Shown: positions 38,361 through 47,113 of the stretch, in pieces
How the letters are laid out: every line of letters begins with the position of its first letter
How positions within the stretch are numbered: position 1 is the stretch's first letter
Source of the DNA: a virus
Taxonomy: Duplodnaviria; Caudoviricetes
Strand: one strand, 5' to 3'
Length of the DNA: 57,115 nt
IMG/VR virus record: IMGVR_UViG_3300048587_000396
Span: 1-57,115 of that record
The notes under the pieces: generated by a model
The model's input: the letters and a program-made list of their open reading frames with translations, nothing else
What the model was told of the DNA's origin: nothing
Database searches by the model: none
Program-made: the position numbers and the translations under genes

Positions 38361-39202
38361 AGCAGTCCTGCCTCCTTCGCGTAATACCACAGCTCGCGGG
38401 GGATTTCCCGCTCGCTTCGTTGCAGATAGTCGGCGATGCGCAACGACACCGCGACGTAGTTCTGGTTGCCGAGCTTCATCTCTCGCAGAGTGTAGAGGCC
38501 CGCCTCGATGAGGTCCGCCCACTCCAGCCACGGACGGAGCTTCGGGGGAACGTCCCTCAGGCCCATCATCTTGGACATGACAATCTCGAGATTCTTGTGA
38601 TCGTCAGTTCGGCCGGGGCGCGGCATGTCGCCGATCTCCCCCTCGACCAGGTCATGGTCGAGCGCCGCCTCGACGAGCGTCAGCCTGTCCTTCGCGGAGC
38701 CTGGGAACAGCCGAGACAGCAGGAAGGCGACCGCCCACGAATGCTCGGCGATGGTCTGGCGATGCAGCGACTGCATCGTGTGCCAGCGCGTGACCGAGTG
38801 TCCGTAGTCGATCAGTGTAGAGATGTCGGCCGGGCCTCCTTCCTTGGAGGGCTGCTCCCTCGATGGCGCATGAGCAGGTCGGACAGTATCGTGTCCACCT
38901 CGGCCACCGTCGTCCCCGAGTGCAGGAGTTCCCAGAGCATCACCTCCACTCGGCGAAGGGTTATCTCCGAGGACTCCCCCGTCGGGAGCATCGGTGTCTT
39001 GTGATGCTCGTTCTGAATCCGCTGAAGCGATCGGCAATGTCGGCACGCGCAGCCTCCTACGTTGATCTTCGGGGACATTGTGATAGGCCCTCCATAGATG
39101 ATGGTCGCAATACGGACGGCCCTGAACAATTGGATCTCCGCACATTCTGTCGTCTTCGATCCATTGGCAAGTTCCGGGGGGCGAACTTATGTATCTAGGC
39201 AC
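38357..39202 (-). CDS. HD-domain 5'-deoxynucleotidase (YfbR-like), in frame with an N-terminal GcrA-like Cys/His domain
   Basis: VTRWH...QTIAEHSW...ALDHDLVE..IGDMP...WADLIEA; N-terminal CQWI...CG.P...PYCDHH..RAY. Confidence 0.8.
   Translation of the reverse strand: MPRYISSPPGTCQWIEDDRMCGDPIVQGRPYCDHHLWRAYHNVPEDQRRRLRVPTLPIASADSERASQDTDAPDGGVLGDNPSPSGGDALGTPALGDDGGRGGHDTVRPAHAPSREQPSKEGGPADISTLIDYGHSVTRWHTMQSLHRQTIAEHSWAVAFLLSRLFPGSAKDRLTLVEAALDHDLVEGEIGDMPRPGRTDDHKNLEIVMSKMMGLRDVPPKLRPWLEWADLIEAGLYTLREMKLGNQNYVAVSLRIADYLQRSEREIPRELWYYAKEAGLL
38812..39078 (-). CDS. Hypothetical protein nested in a different frame within 38357-39202
   Basis: GGAGG upstream of ATG; CACRHC motif and protein-like composition. 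Confidence 0.4.
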   Translation of the reverse strand: MSPKINVGGCACRHCRSLQRIQNEHHKTPMLPTGESSEITLRRVEVMLWELLHSGTTVAEVDTILSDLLMRHRGSSPPRKEARPTSLH

Positions 39203-40160
39203 GACGGTTGAGCCACCTCCTCGCTGCTACGATCCAGTCGTTGTTGGTCTCGGGCAGGATATCGACCGCCTGAGTGTCGCCCTTCTTGTGCTCGCGATGG
39301 GCGTGGACCATCGGAACGACCACCGACTGGAAGAAGTGAGACGTGAACTGGCTCGGATTGATGGGCGCTCGTGCGGTGAGCAGGCTCATCAGGACGTTGG
39401 CATCCTCGAGCGTGACCTCGGGGGAGAGGGTCGCCAGAGGAGTCGAGTAGACCTCGCCGGTATCATATTCCGTCGAGACCGCATCAGGTATCGATTGGAG
39501 ATTCTTGCCCGGCCCGAAGCCCGTGTAGATGTGCGCGTTCGTGCTGATCTGCGTCAGCGTGCCGACCCTGGTCTGGGTGGATGCCGACAGATACTCCAGC
39601 AGGAAGCTGAACTGCACGATGTTGGCGCCGAGCATTCCCCAGAACAGGTCGTTGCTCCGATTGAAGACGGTGAGGTGCATCGTGTCGTCGATGATGCGCG
39701 GGACCGCCATCAGGTTGCAGGGAATGTCGCGGCTGACAATGCCTAGATCTCGCTCCGCCTCCCAGATGCTCAGCACAGCTCGCCGGTTTCCTGGTTCCTG
39801 GTTGAGCATCATGACGACTTCCGAGAACTGCTCGTGGAGGCGCGCTCCGTAATGCCCCCGGAGGGTCTGGCCGTCGTCGCTGAACGTGTAGAACCGGTCG
39901 GCGATGTCTGCCAGGGGAATCACGGAGTCCACCTTGCTGAGGATCGACAGGCCGTCGACGAGGTGCAGGAACGGATTGATCTTGCGCCACGGGTTGAACA
40001 TCACCCGCTCGACGGGATTCAGCGTCTCGACAGCGAACGGTCCCGGATGGGAGATCACGTCGCCGTTGCGCGAGCCCTGCCGAACTCCGAAGTTCGACAG
40101 CCTCCGAGCCGCCTGGAACAGCAGATGGTCGCCGTTGCGACCGGTCAAGTGACTGAACAT
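39195..40160 (-). CDS. Thymidylate synthase family, probable dUMP hydroxymethylase
   Basis: NPFLHL.D, YGARL, RRAVLSIW, DIPCN, NRSNDLFWG.LGANIVQFS (Asn indicates dUMP specificity), NAHIY. Confidence 0.85.
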   Translation of the reverse strand: MFSHLTGRNGDHLLFQAARRLSNFGVRQGSRNGDVISHPGPFAVETLNPVERVMFNPWRKINPFLHLVDGLSILSKVDSVIPLADIADRFYTFSDDGQTLRGHYGARLHEQFSEVVMMLNQEPGNRRAVLSIWEAERDLGIVSRDIPCNLMAVPRIIDDTMHLTVFNRSNDLFWGMLGANIVQFSFLLEYLSASTQTRVGTLTQISTNAHIYTGFGPGKNLQSIPDAVSTEYDTGEVYSTPLATLSPEVTLEDANVLMSLLTARAPINPSQFTSHFFQSVVVPMVHAHREHKKGDTQAVDILPETNNDWIVAARRWLNRRA

Positions 40161-40184
40161 GATGGTCCCCTGTTGCGTGCGCCT

Positions 40185-40213
40185 AGCCTAGCGCGGCCTG
40201 CCGCCGCGCGCCA
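40185..40213 (-). promoter_or_regulatory. sigma70-type promoter
   Basis: TGGCGC-N17-TAGGCT. Confidence 0.65.
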
Positions 40214-40217
40214 GCCC

Positions 40218-41141
40218 CTACAACTCCTTGGCTACGAAGTCGGCCAGGATACGCGCGACAGTCGCTGGATCATGGTGGCTCCTCAGATAGTCGTAGGCGT
40301 CCACCGGCTTCCGAGAGCGGTCACGCATGAGATCGATGATGTCCTGCGCCGACGAGATCGGCACAACGTAGTCCTGCAGAGGGCTCGGCCACGCCTTCAG
40401 CCAATCCGCAGCGACTGCCGTGATGCAGCCCGCCTTCAGACCGTAGAGGGTCGCATATTCGCTACCTCCGCCATCGCCCTTCCACGGCTTCGTCAGATTG
40501 AACGCGATCTCCGTGCTCGCTGCCAGAGCGCCCGTCTCGTCAGGCTCGTAGGCCATCTGGTCGTCGGGAGCGAAGCCGGGCCAGGGCGGATTGCCGAAAT
40601 GCTTGCGGAGGTAGTGGAACGCGTAGAGGCGGCTGATCTCGCCACGGAACTGCACCGGCTCCTTCCTGAGCCAGATGTTCGCCTCCATGATGAGCTCGAT
40701 GTTCTTGCGCGAAGTGACGCGCGTGAACGACATCCCCCGGAACTTGCGGGCAGGGGGAATCGGCTTCGCCGAGATCGGATGCGGCACGAACTGGCAGCCG
40801 GGATAGCGGCTCGCATACGACTCGCGGATCACGAACGTCTTCTCGTTGGGATATTCGGAGAGGACCTTGCAGTGATCCTGCTCGGTGGAATTGTGCAGGA
40901 AGCGATAGAAGCCCGCGTCCAGCATCCGCCGCTGATCGTCCTCCGAATGTGACTGATAGTTCGTGTGGAGTAGGATCTTCGGGCCTCGCTCCGCCAGAAT
41001 GTCGGCGAGCGTCTCGTCGCGGCTCATGGTCCAGAAGCGATACGGGATCTTCGCGCGCTTGAACCCGAGCACCATGTATCGCATGAACGGGCCGATACCG
41101 TTGCGGCGATGTTTCATGCCCTGCGAAATGAGGTGGATCAC
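40218..41141 (-). CDS. GT-B-fold glycosyltransferase, putative
   Basis: SFTRVTSRKNIELIMEAN and DGGGSEYATLYGLKAGCITAV resemble GT-B nucleotide-sugar binding segments; HDP..VA C-terminus. Confidence 0.55.
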   Translation of the reverse strand: MIHLISQGMKHRRNGIGPFMRYMVLGFKRAKIPYRFWTMSRDETLADILAERGPKILLHTNYQSHSEDDQRRMLDAGFYRFLHNSTEQDHCKVLSEYPNEKTFVIRESYASRYPGCQFVPHPISAKPIPPARKFRGMSFTRVTSRKNIELIMEANIWLRKEPVQFRGEISRLYAFHYLRKHFGNPPWPGFAPDDQMAYEPDETGALAASTEIAFNLTKPWKGDGGGSEYATLYGLKAGCITAVAADWLKAWPSPLQDYVVPISSAQDIIDLMRDRSRKPVDAYDYLRSHHDPATVARILADFVAKEL

Positions 41142-41389
41142 GCCCGCCCCTCCAACACGTCATTGCCGAACTTCTCGAGCTCTTCGCTGAGGTTGTCCAG
41201 CAGGTTCAGGTCCTCATCGGTGATCTCGTCCGGATCTTCCGTCTCGGACAGGTGGCCCGTCATGATCCCGAGGAACGCCTGAGCTCCCGCATAGAAGGCT
41301 CGACGCATCTCCTGCCGCTGGATCGGCGGCGCCTCCTGCAACAGGGCGGCTTCGAAGGACTCCCATTGCTCCTTGATGGTCTTGCTCAT
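41138..41389 (-). CDS. Hypothetical protein
   Basis: QRQEMRRAFYAGA motif; AAGGAG RBS. Confidence 0.75.
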   Translation of the reverse strand: MSKTIKEQWESFEAALLQEAPPIQRQEMRRAFYAGAQAFLGIMTGHLSETEDPDEITDEDLNLLDNLSEELEKFGNDVLEGRA

Positions 41390-42381
41390 TCGTAGATCTC
41401 CTTCACTCGCGGTGTGAACGGGTCCCCCTCGATGGCGCGAGCGGCCACTCGGTAGGTCGCTTCGGTAGGAGCCAGCAGCTCCTCCTTGCCGAACTTGTCG
41501 GGCAGCAGACCGGGGCGGTTCACCGCCTCGTTGCATCCCAAGCACGGAATCATTGCGCGGCCATCGTGCATCAGGATGCGGCGCGCGGCCTGGAAATGCT
41601 TGTGATTCCACAGCTCGTCGAGCGGCATCTGTCCAACGTTCGCAATCTTGTAGTGTCCAGGCCAGTCCACGCAGCAGAGAGCGACATCGCCATTCCAGCG
41701 TATCGCCAGCTCTCGGAACGGCTTCGCGCACCGCTTCTTGGCATACGACTCGTCGGGAGGCCCGCTGTTCAGCGCGTGATTGCTGAGATGCGAGTGCGTT
41801 CCCTTGGTCGAGACGCTGATGTCCTTCACCCAGACCAGCTTCTTGCCGCGATGACGCTGATGCGGATTGCCTTCCGGGTTCTCGGGATACTCGATGAACT
41901 GGACCCCGTTCACACTCCCTGGGGGATATTTCTCGCGAAGCGCCGGAACGATGCGCGCGTGCCGATAATCGTCGAGCGCGAAGGTGTTCAGGCCAGCGTC
42001 GAAGAGCTCCTGGAGCATGTTCCCCTTGAGTAGTCCCCCGCCGTTCGAGGTCACCATGATGTAAGAACGAGGGAGGTAGTGGCGGAACTTCCAGACGATG
42101 GTCGGAAGATCCTTGTTGAGCGTGGGCTCGCCGTGCATGGCGAACTCCAGACGCGGGTTCCAGCTGAGCCGCTTGATCTCCTTGGCGATGTGGGTCGCCA
42201 GATCGATGTTCATATACTTGAACGGGCCGGAGTTCCTGCCGTGGTTCATGCCGACGGAATGCGCTCCGTTCGCACGAATCGATTGGATGCCGCAGAAAGC
42301 GCAGGCGAGATTGCATCCCTCGACCGGCTCCATCTGGATGGCGAACGGTGGTGTCTGTTCAACCACGGGAATTCCTTTCAC
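41386..42381 (-). CDS. Radical SAM protein with SPASM/twitch domain
   Basis: CNLACAFC, HGEPTL, VTSNG, CAKPF...GDVALCC.DW...CLGC. Confidence 0.92.
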   Translation of the reverse strand: MKGIPVVEQTPPFAIQMEPVEGCNLACAFCGIQSIRANGAHSVGMNHGRNSGPFKYMNIDLATHIAKEIKRLSWNPRLEFAMHGEPTLNKDLPTIVWKFRHYLPRSYIMVTSNGGGLLKGNMLQELFDAGLNTFALDDYRHARIVPALREKYPPGSVNGVQFIEYPENPEGNPHQRHRGKKLVWVKDISVSTKGTHSHLSNHALNSGPPDESYAKKRCAKPFRELAIRWNGDVALCCVDWPGHYKIANVGQMPLDELWNHKHFQAARRILMHDGRAMIPCLGCNEAVNRPGLLPDKFGKEELLAPTEATYRVAARAIEGDPFTPRVKEIYE

Positions 42382-42604
42382 GGAGGAGCGCGGCCAGTCG
42401 GCTGCGATGCTGAACGAGGGTCGAGGCGAAGCGGATGCAATGGCCGAGGTGGCTGTCGGTCATCTCGTGCATGTAGAAAATGACGTTGCGATCCTTGGTT
42501 CGCCATTGATCCTGGCCGCATCGCGGTTCGGTGGCCCGACGCTGAGCGTGCCAGTCTCGCTTGCCGACGCCAGAGACGCAATTCGCTTGTTTCTCGTCGA
42601 TCAT
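42359..42604 (-). CDS. Hypothetical protein
   Basis: WRTKD....EMTDSHL..CIR motif; ATGA coupling. Confidence 0.6.
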   Translation of the reverse strand: MIDEKQANCVSGVGKRDWHAQRRATEPRCGQDQWRTKDRNVIFYMHEMTDSHLGHCIRFASTLVQHRSRLAALLRERNSRG

Positions 42605-43395
42605 GTCTTGGCGCTCTTCAACGCTTGTTCCCACTTGATGCGAACGTCCTTGCGGTTACCGAACGCTCCCCCGGTGGAGTTCTGCTTCTGCACGATCTCG
42701 ACGAACGCCGGATGGAGACGCTTGAGCTCCTCCGCCGCCGCGCTCTGCTTCTCGTGGTCGCGGTAGTCGGAACACCCGCCGGGAAGCTGCGTCTGCTGCT
42801 GATCCTGCACCCAATTCGTCAAGATGAAGTTCGGGTAGCCGCGACGGAGCAATTGGAGGGTGACGTCGAAGTCCTCCATGACCGGCACTCGGCCGTGGAC
42901 GGAGGCCAGGAACGGGATCGTCTGGTATCCCAGGACGCGCAGCATTCGGCCCACGATCTTGACGGGATATTTCTTGTCGTTGTTGCGAGCGTTGTTCCCC
43001 TGGCGGATGTCCACGCTCCCGTGAGCATACTTGTTGAGGTATGCCGCCACGAGCTCGATCATCTCGACGGTCTGCTCGGGGGAGTTCCGGTGCAGATGCC
43101 AGTCTTCCAGCGACAGCCGATGGTAGAAGCGGAGGTCGTCGTCCATCATGATGAACCTGTCGCGGTCCAGCTGACGAGAGTGCTTTCCGCACCACCAGCG
43201 CGTCTTGGCGATGCCGTCCAACGGACACGACAGCAGGCTCGCACGGTGACGCTCGGCCATCTTGGCATAGCGATCTCGTTGCTCCTTGGGCACCACGAGA
43301 TAGACCGTGAAATCGCGCTTGGCGCCGTCCAGAGCCTCCAGCGTCAGGGATCGATCGAACCGAGACCGGCTCGGCACATAGACTGCGAAACTCAC
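42601..43395 (-). CDS. GT-A-fold glycosyltransferase (TAGT/GREB1-like)
   Basis: VYVPSRSR, GIAKTR, FIMMDDDL (DxD), MEDFDVTLQLLRRGY.N, GGCSDYR. Confidence 0.8.
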   Translation of the reverse strand: MSFAVYVPSRSRFDRSLTLEALDGAKRDFTVYLVVPKEQRDRYAKMAERHRASLLSCPLDGIAKTRWWCGKHSRQLDRDRFIMMDDDLRFYHRLSLEDWHLHRNSPEQTVEMIELVAAYLNKYAHGSVDIRQGNNARNNDKKYPVKIVGRMLRVLGYQTIPFLASVHGRVPVMEDFDVTLQLLRRGYPNFILTNWVQDQQQTQLPGGCSDYRDHEKQSAAAEELKRLHPAFVEIVQKQNSTGGAFGNRKDVRIKWEQALKSAKT

Positions 43396-43601
43396 TGCAC
43401 TCCCCTCCGCTTCTGCGATGCTGCGACCTTCTCTCGATGCCTCGCCGCCTCGTCGAGGTCGGTCAGGACTTCGGGATCATACGGGTTCCGCATGGACTGC
43501 GGCAGGGGGAGTCCGTAGAACCTCCCTTCCGGCATCTGAATGTGCCGATGTTCCTTATAGGCGCCCTTCGCGATGAGGGTCCCCCGGAACCGCTTCGCCA
43601 T
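43392..43601 (-). CDS. Hypothetical protein
   Basis: Translational coupling on both sides. Confidence 0.55.
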   Translation of the reverse strand: MAKRFRGTLIAKGAYKEHRHIQMPEGRFYGLPLPQSMRNPYDPEVLTDLDEAARHREKVAASQKRRGVQ

Positions 43602-43807
43602 CAGAACGACTCCCTCTCTGCCGCCTCGCTGAGCAGCCGACCAGCTTCGGCGGTGTTGCGATCATAGGCTTTCTGATCGCCGCGCTCCAAATCCTGCGCT
43701 GCGATCCACACGCGAACTGTCGCCCGAGCCCTCAAGGCTGCGGGACTGGTGAGGATGGACTGCGTGGGTTCGGGCACCGCCCTCCCGCGAGTGTCGAGGA
43801 GCGTCAT
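43601..43807 (-). CDS. Hypothetical protein
   Basis: ATGA and TGATG coupling. Confidence 0.55.
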   Translation of the reverse strand: MTLLDTRGRAVPEPTQSILTSPAALRARATVRVWIAAQDLERGDQKAYDRNTAEAGRLLSEAAERESF

Positions 43808-43995
43808 CCGAAGGTGGCCTTCCAGTCTTCGGCGGTCATGCCGCTCATGAGGAACTCGCGCTGGTCGGCCGTGAGGCCGGGCATGGCCTTCTGAATGAGC
43901 TCACCGGACTGCCACCGCAGAAGCTGCTCCGGAGTGACGGGGATTTCGAGAGTATTCTCGCGCTGCGTGACGGGGCTTTTTCTGGTGACGAGCAT
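43804..43995 (-). CDS. Small phage protein
   Basis: GELIQ.AMPGLTADQREFLMSG.T.EDW motif; CAGGAGG RBS. Confidence 0.75.
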   Translation of the reverse strand: MLVTRKSPVTQRENTLEIPVTPEQLLRWQSGELIQKAMPGLTADQREFLMSGMTAEDWKATFG

Positions 43996-44023
43996 GCGAA
44001 CCTCCTGAACGTGCCGCACCGCA

Positions 44024-44052
44024 AGCATAGCGCGCCCGCGCCTCTAGGGCAA
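44024..44052 (-). promoter_or_regulatory. sigma70-type promoter for GT/rSAM operon
   Basis: TTGCCC-N17-TATGCT. Confidence 0.7.
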
Positions 44053-44901
44053 GTGCGGCCTGTAAACGGAACGCACGGATCCCTGGCTCAGCTGAAGTCG
44101 ACGATACTTGTCGAACTCGCAACAGCAGTTCTGCACATCGTGGAGCTCCATGCGCTCAGCGATGCGGGGGAGTTCGCGTCTTACGATCTTGAGGAGATTG
44201 ACCATCATTGGGACTGCCTCGTGCTGGAAGACCCGCTTCACGCGGAAGGTCCCCCGCAATCGTGCCAGCCCGCGAGTCGAGCCTGGTCCAAGGGGAGCCC
44301 ACTCGTAGCGGTCCTCCCATTCGCCGGGATAGACGTGGCGCAGATCGGCGACAATCTGGCCCGCCATAAAGCTGCCAAGCCCCGGCCTGCCGCGCAAGGC
44401 GCTCCACGTGGCCTCCATACTTGAGGTGTCGATCTCGGGAGGGTCATTCCACAACGGAGTCAGGATGCGCTCCACGATCTGCAGATACTTCGGGCCTCCG
44501 TAGGCTCCGTTGATGATGTAGGCTCCCGTGAATATCTTCTCGCCCTTCAACGCTCGCTTGCTCAGCGCGCGGATGTATGCGGTCGGATCGAACGGGATTG
44601 GCGGAGGGAGAGCGGCGAGGGTGTCGGGCCAGTTGATCAAGCGACCAACGGCGCACGCGAGCACGGCCTCACTCGGCGAGGAATAGATATAGCTGCGATG
44701 CCAATTGAGGAGCCAGCGGCTCACTCGATCGTCCATGCGAACGACATTGCACCAGCGAAATCTGTCGAGGAAGGGGTCGGTGGACCAGGGACGCGGGAGT
44801 CCTTGCTCTTTGCGGAGACGAACGGCCTCCCGCTCCTGTATCCAATAGAGGAACTTGTCGACTTCAGCCGGGACGAAGGCCTCGGGGGAGAGCACCTTCA
44901 T
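44044..44901 (-). CDS. aGPT-Pplase1 / 5hmdU-DNA-kinase-type helical protein (thymidine hypermodification)
   Basis: WIQERE....KE.G.P.PWS.DP....RWCNV.R.DDRVS, RLINWP.TL, FTGAYII, G.GSFMAGQIVADL, GPGSTRGL, DVQNCCCEFDKY. Confidence 0.85.
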   Translation of the reverse strand: MKVLSPEAFVPAEVDKFLYWIQEREAVRLRKEQGLPRPWSTDPFLDRFRWCNVVRMDDRVSRWLLNWHRSYIYSSPSEAVLACAVGRLINWPDTLAALPPPIPFDPTAYIRALSKRALKGEKIFTGAYIINGAYGGPKYLQIVERILTPLWNDPPEIDTSSMEATWSALRGRPGLGSFMAGQIVADLRHVYPGEWEDRYEWAPLGPGSTRGLARLRGTFRVKRVFQHEAVPMMVNLLKIVRRELPRIAERMELHDVQNCCCEFDKYRRLQLSQGSVRSVYRPHLP

Positions 44902-44942
44902 GGCGGCATGATCTCCCCCGAGCTCGGCTAGTCAGCCGTCGA

Positions 44943-45929
44943 TCACTCGGCGACCTTGACGCAACCGCGGCGAACGAGGTTCGAGATGATGCCGCCCGCG
45001 TTCGGCTTCTTCTCGGCGCCCTTGAAGGTCGTGTTGATGGCCTCCAGCGCGTCGCCGTAGGTCATGCCGTCCTCGAGCGCGGAGTAGGCGTCGCCCAGGA
45101 TGGAACCCTCGCGCGGCTTGCTCTCGGCGTCGTCGAGCAGCTCCAGCGTCGCATCCTTCTTGATGCGCGGCGTGAAGTCGGGCTTCTCGCCCTTCTTCGG
45201 AGCGCCCTTCTTGGGCTCCTTCGCGGCCTTCTCCACCTTCGCCGGCGCCTTGGCCGACTTCTTGGCGGGCTTGGTCTCCTCCTCCTCGATTTCCTCCTCG
45301 TTCTCCTCCGGCTCGGGCTCCTTCGTCTTGGCCTTCGCCTTGGCCTTCGGCGCGGGCTTCTCCTCCTCGATCTCCTCCTCGGTCTCCTCCTCCGGCTCGG
45401 GCTCCTTCGTCTTGGCCTTCTTGACAGGCTTCAGCGGCTCGATGGCGAGGTCGCCGTCGTCGTCGAAGAAGAGGCCCATGTTCTTCTCGGCCAGTGCCTC
45501 GGTCAGCGCCTCGCGGGCCTCGTCGTCATCCTTCGTCTTGAGGATGTTGCCGGTGACCTGCTTGAAGGCCGACTTCAGAACCGGAAGCTCCAGTTCGCTG
45601 ATATCCACGGTCTGCACGTTGGGGAATCCCTTGATGCGTGAGCCGGTCGCCAGTCGACTCAGGTTCTTCGGGGAACGGATGGCCTGGCGAATGGCCTCCG
45701 GTAGGTCAGTCCACCCCGTCTTGGGACGAGGACCGGGGGAGTAGGTGCGTCCTCGGGGGAGTGTCCGTCGGACGAGGTGGACCGCTTCGCCGTCCGCTGT
45801 CATGGTGAAGCCGGACCAGTCCGGGCCTGCCGCCTGAGCAAAGATCTCAGTGGCGACGGGTGACGGCGTCTTGAGGACGGCGACTCCCCAGCCCATTCTA
45901 TCGCGGTATCGGAACATGACAGCGAACAT
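44943..45929 (-). CDS. Lys/Glu-rich protein with C-terminal putative DNA-binding domain
   Basis: KAKTKEPEPEE repeats; C-terminal EDGMTYGD...LVRRGCVKV. Confidence 0.75.
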   Translation of the reverse strand: MFAVMFRYRDRMGWGVAVLKTPSPVATEIFAQAAGPDWSGFTMTADGEAVHLVRRTLPRGRTYSPGPRPKTGWTDLPEAIRQAIRSPKNLSRLATGSRIKGFPNVQTVDISELELPVLKSAFKQVTGNILKTKDDDEAREALTEALAEKNMGLFFDDDGDLAIEPLKPVKKAKTKEPEPEEETEEEIEEEKPAPKAKAKAKTKEPEPEENEEEIEEEETKPAKKSAKAPAKVEKAAKEPKKGAPKKGEKPDFTPRIKKDATLELLDDAESKPREGSILGDAYSALEDGMTYGDALEAINTTFKGAEKKPNAGGIISNLVRRGCVKVAE

Positions 45930-45935
45930 GCTTGA

Positions 45936-45964
45936 AGCCTATACTGCCCGGTTACTGAATGCAA
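45936..45964 (-). promoter_or_regulatory. sigma70-type promoter (likely leaderless transcript)
   Basis: TTGCAT-N17-TAGGCT; ATG begins 7 nt past the -10. Confidence 0.7.
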
Positions 45965-45972
45965 TCGGGTAT

Positions 45973-46830
45973 TTAGAACGCCGTCTTGCGACGGGTCTTC
46001 GGCTCCTTCGCTTCGTCTTCGTCCGTGGCGAGATCCGCGTCCTCCTCCTCGGAAGCGGCGACACGACCCTGGGCAGTGAGTTCGTGGAACGAGCGCGCGA
46101 CCTTGTAGAGTTCCGCTCCGCCGTCGAACACCTCCTCGCCGTTCACGTTGATGAGCTCCGACTCCAGCGAGATGATCGGGACGTGGAAGTCCCCCTGGTC
46201 GTTGGACTGGGGGCTCGACTTCATGCGGTAGATGTTCATGAAGGACGGCGCCACGAACGTATTCCCGCCCTCGTCGCGGATCTTCTGATTGGAGATCAGC
46301 GTCAGCCAGCGCCGCGAATGCGTGGCTTTCGTGCCGGTCATCGAGAACACGACGCGCTCGTATTCGCCGGACTCCTCGTCCACGATCATGAAGTAGTGCT
46401 CGGGCGTCTCGATGATCTCGTGGCCGTCCTCGGTGACCCACTTCGCCTGGGATACCTTCTCCAGCCCGTTCGTGACATCCTTGCTGTCGTGCGAACCGAC
46501 GATGCCGCCGCCCTGGTCACGGGGGATCCACTCGACCCAGCGACGGGTGAAGTAGCAAGGGATCACCAGGATGCCGGTCTCCTCGCCCTCGTAGAGCTTC
46601 TGGATGCTCGCGAGGCAGAACATGCCGGGCTTCGCACCCTTGATGAACTCGGGCCTGGTCTTCTTCGTGACGCGGCTCATCTCATGCACGAGAGTCAGTC
46701 GTGGGATGATGAGATCGGCGCTGGTGACGTTCTCCGTCCCCCGGCCTGCATCGGCGAGCGTGGAGATCGACGGCCGCTTGGCGACCGCCTGCGTCTTGTT
46801 CGTGGTGGTGGTGGTGGCGAGCTTCGCCAT
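45973..46830 (-). CDS. ssDNA-binding/annealing-like replication protein, putative
   Basis: DLIIPRL, GAKPG, WVEW.PRD.GGG.VG.H; acidic tail ending in Phe. Confidence 0.55.
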   Translation of the reverse strand: MAKLATTTTTNKTQAVAKRPSISTLADAGRGTENVTSADLIIPRLTLVHEMSRVTKKTRPEFIKGAKPGMFCLASIQKLYEGEETGILVIPCYFTRRWVEWIPRDQGGGIVGSHDSKDVTNGLEKVSQAKWVTEDGHEIIETPEHYFMIVDEESGEYERVVFSMTGTKATHSRRWLTLISNQKIRDEGGNTFVAPSFMNIYRMKSSPQSNDQGDFHVPIISLESELINVNGEEVFDGGAELYKVARSFHELTAQGRVAASEEEDADLATDEDEAKEPKTRRKTAF

Positions 46831-46845
46831 GTCGGTCCAGTCCCT

Positions 46846-47112
46846 TCAGATGTTCGTGCGCGACGGGGGAAGCTTGTCGAACCCGGGAGTCGCCGCATTA
46901 TCCAGGGTCATGCGAACCACGGTGTCGTCCACCTTGATCCGCTGGATGTCGAAGAAGTGGCCGTCCGGCAGCTTGTTGTCCTCTCCGACTTTCGGCGCCA
47001 GCAGAACCTGGACGCATCCACTGAGGTAGGTCACCACGCCGGTGATCCGTCCCCGGAAGCCCGTGATGCGGTCCTCGCCGTATCGGCCGAGCAGCGAGCG
47101 TTCGTCGTTCAT
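46846..47112 (-). CDS. Hypothetical protein
   Basis: D.ITGF.G..TG...YLSGC.Q.L..P motif; GAGGAG RBS. Confidence 0.75.
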   Translation of the reverse strand: MNDERSLLGRYGEDRITGFRGRITGVVTYLSGCVQVLLAPKVGEDNKLPDGHFFDIQRIKVDDTVVRMTLDNAATPGFDKLPPSRTNI

Positions 47113-47113
47113 G

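Noticed and set aside
39195-40160. dCMP hydroxymethylase (T4-like cytosine modification)
   Set aside because: The specificity residue is Asn (GAN), not Asp, and the neighbouring aGPT-Pplase1 gene points to 5hmdU
41386-42381. QueE / 7-deazaguanine pathway
   Set aside because: No folE, queD, queC or dpdA-like genes seen; the SPASM-type C-terminus does not fit QueE
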